Of a stretch of 64,000 nucleotides of DNA, positions 60,403 to 64,000 are shown in pieces. Below the pieces are notes generated by a model, which saw only the letters and a list, made by a program, of their open reading frames with translations, searched no databases and was not told where the DNA came from. Source of the DNA: Nitrospinaceae bacterium (GTDB taxonomy: Bacteria; Nitrospinota; Nitrospinia; Nitrospinales; Nitrospinaceae); assembly GCA_965223665.1 (NCBI GenBank), contig OZ245011.1:3168001-3232000 (forward strand), given 5' to 3'. The position numbers were made by a program, and so were the translations under genes. The number at the start of each line of letters is the position of its first letter. The first letter of the stretch is position 1.

Positions 60403-61656
60403 TTAATTTTCGGACTTTGCAGATTTGAATTTGCTATAAGCAACGATTCCTGCAAACACTAAAGAGCCCATTGCCGTGAGGCCCAAAAAAATCGGAAGTT
60501 GATTTATTAAAGCCAAGATAAATAGAAGATAGATAAAATCCCTATTGATAAATTCATCAGCATGCGCCACTTCTACTGCTCTGGTTTCAGCTTTTCCATC
60601 GGATCTTTTAAATTGAATTGCCGATTGCATTAAGATGTAACATAAAAAGGAACCCAAAACGGCTAATCCTCCTAGCCATTTATAAACTGCTTCCCCAGTG
60701 GAAATAAATAAACCCATTCCAATTGCCCAAAAGACAGCAAAATGAACAATATTGTCAGCTATTATGTCAAATTGGGCTCCACCTTTAGATTGTCTAAACG
60801 TTAACCGAGCCACTTCTCCATCTGAGCTGTCCAGCCACAAAGAAATCATCAGTAATAAGGACCCCATGACATTGAGTGCGTAATCCCCTTGGTAAAAAAA
60901 GCCTGCAGAAATTAATCCGATGATTAAATGCATCCAGGTAATTTGATTGGGGGTTACAGATGTTTGAACGAAAAAACGGGTGAACTCCCTAGAAGCACGT
61001 CTTGTTATCCAACGATCCATCAAGCTATCGTTTTCCATTCCTGCTTGTTTTAGTAAACGTTCTTTTTGTTTCTTGAAACCAACACGATCTTTTATTTGGT
61101 TTTCTAAGGAACCTAATAAGAGTTTCCAGCGGGGAAAGCTTGGATCAGCTACTTTTTTGCTAATGAATTTTGGGATAGATTGAATATCTACATTATCATT
61201 TCCTAGAAGTAAAATTTCTTTTAGGGTTTCTGGGACTTCCCAGTACCCTGAATGCTCCTTTATCTTGGCACTCAAGTTTCCTTGTAATGCATTTTCAATA
61301 TGGAGATGATTGTGAAGGGCCATTCCTGATACTAACAATTGGCAATCCTCATTTAATAAAAATTCTTTCAATTCTTTAGTTCCAGATAACCAGGTTATAT
61401 TTAAATCTAGTCGATTATCATTAGAAACAATGTTTAAAGCCTCAATATCTGTGGTATCCCAATTCCTGGAGTAAATTCCTAATTGGCTAATTCCTCCTTT
61501 TTGTAGATTCAACAAATTAATTAAAAGAAAAGGTAACCCAACAATTTTTCTTAAATACCAATTTGCCAAACCTGATGACACCGGAGGTTTCTCTAAAAAA
61601 AGGACTGCTTTACCAGTCTGCTTTTGAGTGAGTTTCACAAACAATAAACCCCACAC
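60403..61656 (-). CDS. CDP-alcohol phosphotransferase with N-terminal nucleotidyltransferase-like region
   Basis: TPNQIT and LDSSDGEVAR...GAQFDIIAD (DxxDGxxAR...GxxxDxxxD); start codon uncertain. Confidence 0.85.
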   Translation of the reverse strand: MWGLLFVKLTQKQTGKAVLFLEKPPVSSGLANWYLRKIVGLPFLLINLLNLQKGGISQLGIYSRNWDTTDIEALNIVSNDNRLDLNITWLSGTKELKEFLLNEDCQLLVSGMALHNHLHIENALQGNLSAKIKEHSGYWEVPETLKEILLLGNDNVDIQSIPKFISKKVADPSFPRWKLLLGSLENQIKDRVGFKKQKERLLKQAGMENDSLMDRWITRRASREFTRFFVQTSVTPNQITWMHLIIGLISAGFFYQGDYALNVMGSLLLMISLWLDSSDGEVARLTFRQSKGGAQFDIIADNIVHFAVFWAIGMGLFISTGEAVYKWLGGLAVLGSFLCYILMQSAIQFKRSDGKAETRAVEVAHADEFINRDFIYLLFILALINQLPIFLGLTAMGSLVFAGIVAYSKFKSAKSEN

Positions 61657-62060
61657 CCCTTACCACTTGGAAAGGCCAAAAAACTGGTAAAGGGATATAA
61701 TTAGGATAACAAGAAGTTAATATAATACAAGAGGTTATGGAGAAAACTAGAAATTTACTGGAAATTTCAATCTAATTGCCCATTTTACCAGAATTTTGGG
61801 TTTTTTTTAGCGCTTTTCCAGTCTTTTTTCAAATATTGTTTAAATTCAATTAGCGAACCTTATTCCACCCTAACATCAATAATCAAATTAATGGTTTTAA
61901 TAAAATGAAATAACACACCTTTTTTTTGTTGCTTGGATATTTGCCTATTGCCAATTTTTAAATTTGGAACCAAATTTATTGTATTGAACCCCCTGGGATA
62001 CTTGCAATACAAATAGCCTTAAAAAACTTTTTTATAAAATTAATTTTTGGAGGGGTTATT

Positions 62061-62486
62061 ATGAGTGCCAAAAGACTTTTTCTTATAACTTCCATAATTG
62101 CCTTCACCCTTGGACTTTGTATCAGCCAAGGTACGGCTAAAACAAAAGTATTACAAATTGGGGAAGATTCCATTTTAGACCCTGGAAAGCTCCTGGTGTG
62201 TCCTTCAGATTTTATTGTAGAAAATTCGAATAATGATGCTTCTTCTTTGAAGGTAGTATTGGGCAACAAGGTTTATATTAGTGAAATGGTGAATCCTGGC
62301 GAAAAACTAGCATACAATTTACCGGCAATAATTTCTACGGCAAGATTTCATGGACAAGAAGAGCTTACCTCAGATGAATCGGCGGTGATCATCAATTTAG
62401 GCCCCGTGTCTAAATTACAAATTAGCTGTCTTCAACTTAAAAAGAATCCACTAAAAAGGGAGGATCCTTTATCAACATTTAAGTAA
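62061..62486 (+). CDS. Hypothetical exported protein
   Basis: GGAGG SD and a signal-peptide-like N-terminus. Confidence 0.7.
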   Translation: MSAKRLFLITSIIAFTLGLCISQGTAKTKVLQIGEDSILDPGKLLVCPSDFIVENSNNDASSLKVVLGNKVYISEMVNPGEKLAYNLPAIISTARFHGQEELTSDESAVIINLGPVSKLQISCLQLKKNPLKREDPLSTFK

Positions 62487-62738
62487 AAAATTGAAGTTTG
62501 AAATCTTTTCTTCATAATTGGAATTAATGGTGGCAGTCATTTCCCAGATGGAGTTCAGGCGACTGATTTTTCAATCATTTAAATAAAAAAACAAATGACG
62601 AAACTCTGGAAGGTAAATTTGAGATTGGACTATCACAAAAAACACTAATATGCTATTTTGATAAAAAAACATCAGATGACTCTCTAATAAGGGGAGCTTT
62701 AATCAAATCCGATTTAAAATCGAAGTGGCTTTTTCTAT

Positions 62739-63098
62739 ATGGCTAGGGAAAAGATTTTTAAACTATTAGAATTAACAACTTCGGATAACGATGCGGAAGC
62801 CCTTAATGCTATTCGCAAAGCAAATGAAGTTCGTGAAAAAGCTGATTTACAGTGGCATCAAATTTTTGCCCAGCCTTTAAAGTCTAACAATAATATCCCA
62901 CCAATGGTCCACCGACGTCCCCCTCCACCAAGAATTCTTACTGTGGAAATAATGTTCGATGAAATTTTAAAACGTAATTTAAGCGATCCATTGCGTGCTC
63001 AAATCGAACAACTTAAATATGTTTACGAATGGACCGAATCCCTTTCGGGGGATGAAGTTAATACCCTTGTGAATACTTACAACCGCAATTGTTTTTAA
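62739..63098 (+). CDS. Hypothetical protein with DUF2786-like N-terminus
   Basis: KIFKLLELTTSDNDAEALNA resembles the DUF2786 KIxKLLxLxxSxNxxEA pattern. Confidence 0.6.
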   Translation: MAREKIFKLLELTTSDNDAEALNAIRKANEVREKADLQWHQIFAQPLKSNNNIPPMVHRRPPPPRILTVEIMFDEILKRNLSDPLRAQIEQLKYVYEWTESLSGDEVNTLVNTYNRNCF

Positions 63099-63143
63099 AT
63101 TCAATATTCGAAAACTCATCATGATGAAAGAAAGGAATATTTT

Positions 63144-63854
63144 TTGTCATTATTAAATTACGTTGGAAATATTTTTGCTACGGTGCCATTTTTGGCAGAG
63201 CTAATATTGTTCATTTTGTTATCTATACCTTGGATAATACTAAAAGATAAATCGAGAAAAAAAGAAAGTGATCCCCAGCAAGGACTTGTACGTTTGCTTT
63301 GCTATACCATTCTTATTGTTGGAGGATTAAAAATAGGTTTAAGTATTATTTTCGGAAAGGGATTTCCAGTTTTGATGCTAATTACCTATTTAATATGTGC
63401 AGTAATTGTTTTTTGGTTGAGTTTTTTAAAGTTTCGCTTTCTTGTTTTCGTGGCACTTTGTGTTTCCGCAGGAATTTATGTAATTGCCCTAAACTTATTC
63501 ACAAACATTTCTATGACTCAAACCTATAATGCAAAATGGAAAATACAAAAACCAGAACAAATGGGCATGCATTCTGATGCAGCAGATTATATTCAATTTA
63601 ACTACAAAGAATCTCCTGAATATTTTGATTTTATTTACTCCGATCAAATTTCTACAATGCTCATGATAGGAAAAAAGGAAGAAGTCTCTATAGAAGTAAA
63701 CTTAATATATCAATGGGGTTTGTTAGTGGATCATACAATTCGATCTGTTGAGGGGATAGTCTGGACCCCGTCCCGCACCGATGGAGCGGGAATAAAAGGA
63801 AACTCTAATTCCAATCCACCGTTTCCTAAATATTATTTAGGTTTCTCAAACTAA
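63144..63854 (+). CDS. Hypothetical membrane protein
   Basis: Four N-terminal TM segments and a soluble C-terminus; TTG start after AAGGA. Confidence 0.65.
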   Translation: MSLLNYVGNIFATVPFLAELILFILLSIPWIILKDKSRKKESDPQQGLVRLLCYTILIVGGLKIGLSIIFGKGFPVLMLITYLICAVIVFWLSFLKFRFLVFVALCVSAGIYVIALNLFTNISMTQTYNAKWKIQKPEQMGMHSDAADYIQFNYKESPEYFDFIYSDQISTMLMIGKKEEVSIEVNLIYQWGLLVDHTIRSVEGIVWTPSRTDGAGIKGNSNSNPPFPKYYLGFSN

Positions 63855-63913
63855 TATGGAAGTTAAAGAGAAATTAATTTTTTCTCTAATAAAATTTCCT
63901 GGGTAGTTCCAAT

Positions 63914-64000
63914 TTACCCATTAACATATTTTATTCGAACGGGAGACAATACCATGCCCACTATTATGGACACCCCGCCGCAGGCAGTGAAAAATGATCT
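63914..64000 (-). CDS. Possible 3' end of a gene entering from beyond the window
   Basis: Open frame RSFFTACGGVSIIVGMVLSPVRIKYVNG* ending at TAA 63916-63914. Confidence 0.35.
   Translation of the reverse strand, partial: RSFFTACGGVSIIVGMVLSPVRIKYVNG

Noticed and set aside
62530-62700. Fluoride riboswitch-like fragments (GATGGAGTTC ... GATGACTC)
   Set aside because: The halves are about 120 nt apart, the P1 stem is missing and no fluoride-related gene follows.
343-63529. Numerous 60-115 aa ORFs overlapping longer genes (e.g. 343-546, 24083-24268, 28160-28444, 44885-45229, 50239-50580)
   Set aside because: Antisense or alternative-frame shadows of well-supported CDSs.

Overview
AT-rich, gene-dense bacterial chromosomal segment. 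No rRNA, tRNA, CRISPR array, integrase or transposase was seen. The rpsA-sppA-ihfB order and the many TPR/LRR proteins suggest a Nitrospinota- or delta-proteobacteria-like organism (inference only). Housekeeping genes include rpsA (5' truncated), sppA, ihfB, aroC, ispF, trhP, panE, glyQ, smc, pyrF and a DinG/YoaA-like helicase. Five things stand out. (1) An uncharacterised FAS-II-type cluster (fabF, ACP, two tandem phytoene-desaturase/retinol-saturase-like flavoproteins, fabG, fabZ, fabI) with no prenyl or radical-SAM genes; this is the best candidate for an undescribed lipid-modifying pathway. (2) A cobamide salvage/lower-ligand module under two cobalamin riboswitches, with BtuB, BtuM, CobO, CobT, CobS and an unusual CobU-BluB fusion. 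(3) An ECF sigma/anti-sigma module with a matching ECF promoter upstream of a cationic 11-residue-repeat secreted protein. (4) Tandem GGDEF-PilZ cyclases plus an HD-GYP response regulator. (5) Several apparent pseudo-enzymes: a SIR2-like/TPR protein, a purple acid phosphatase carrying an exact 558-bp duplication, and a thermonuclease. All family assignments come from motif recognition by eye; no database search was run.
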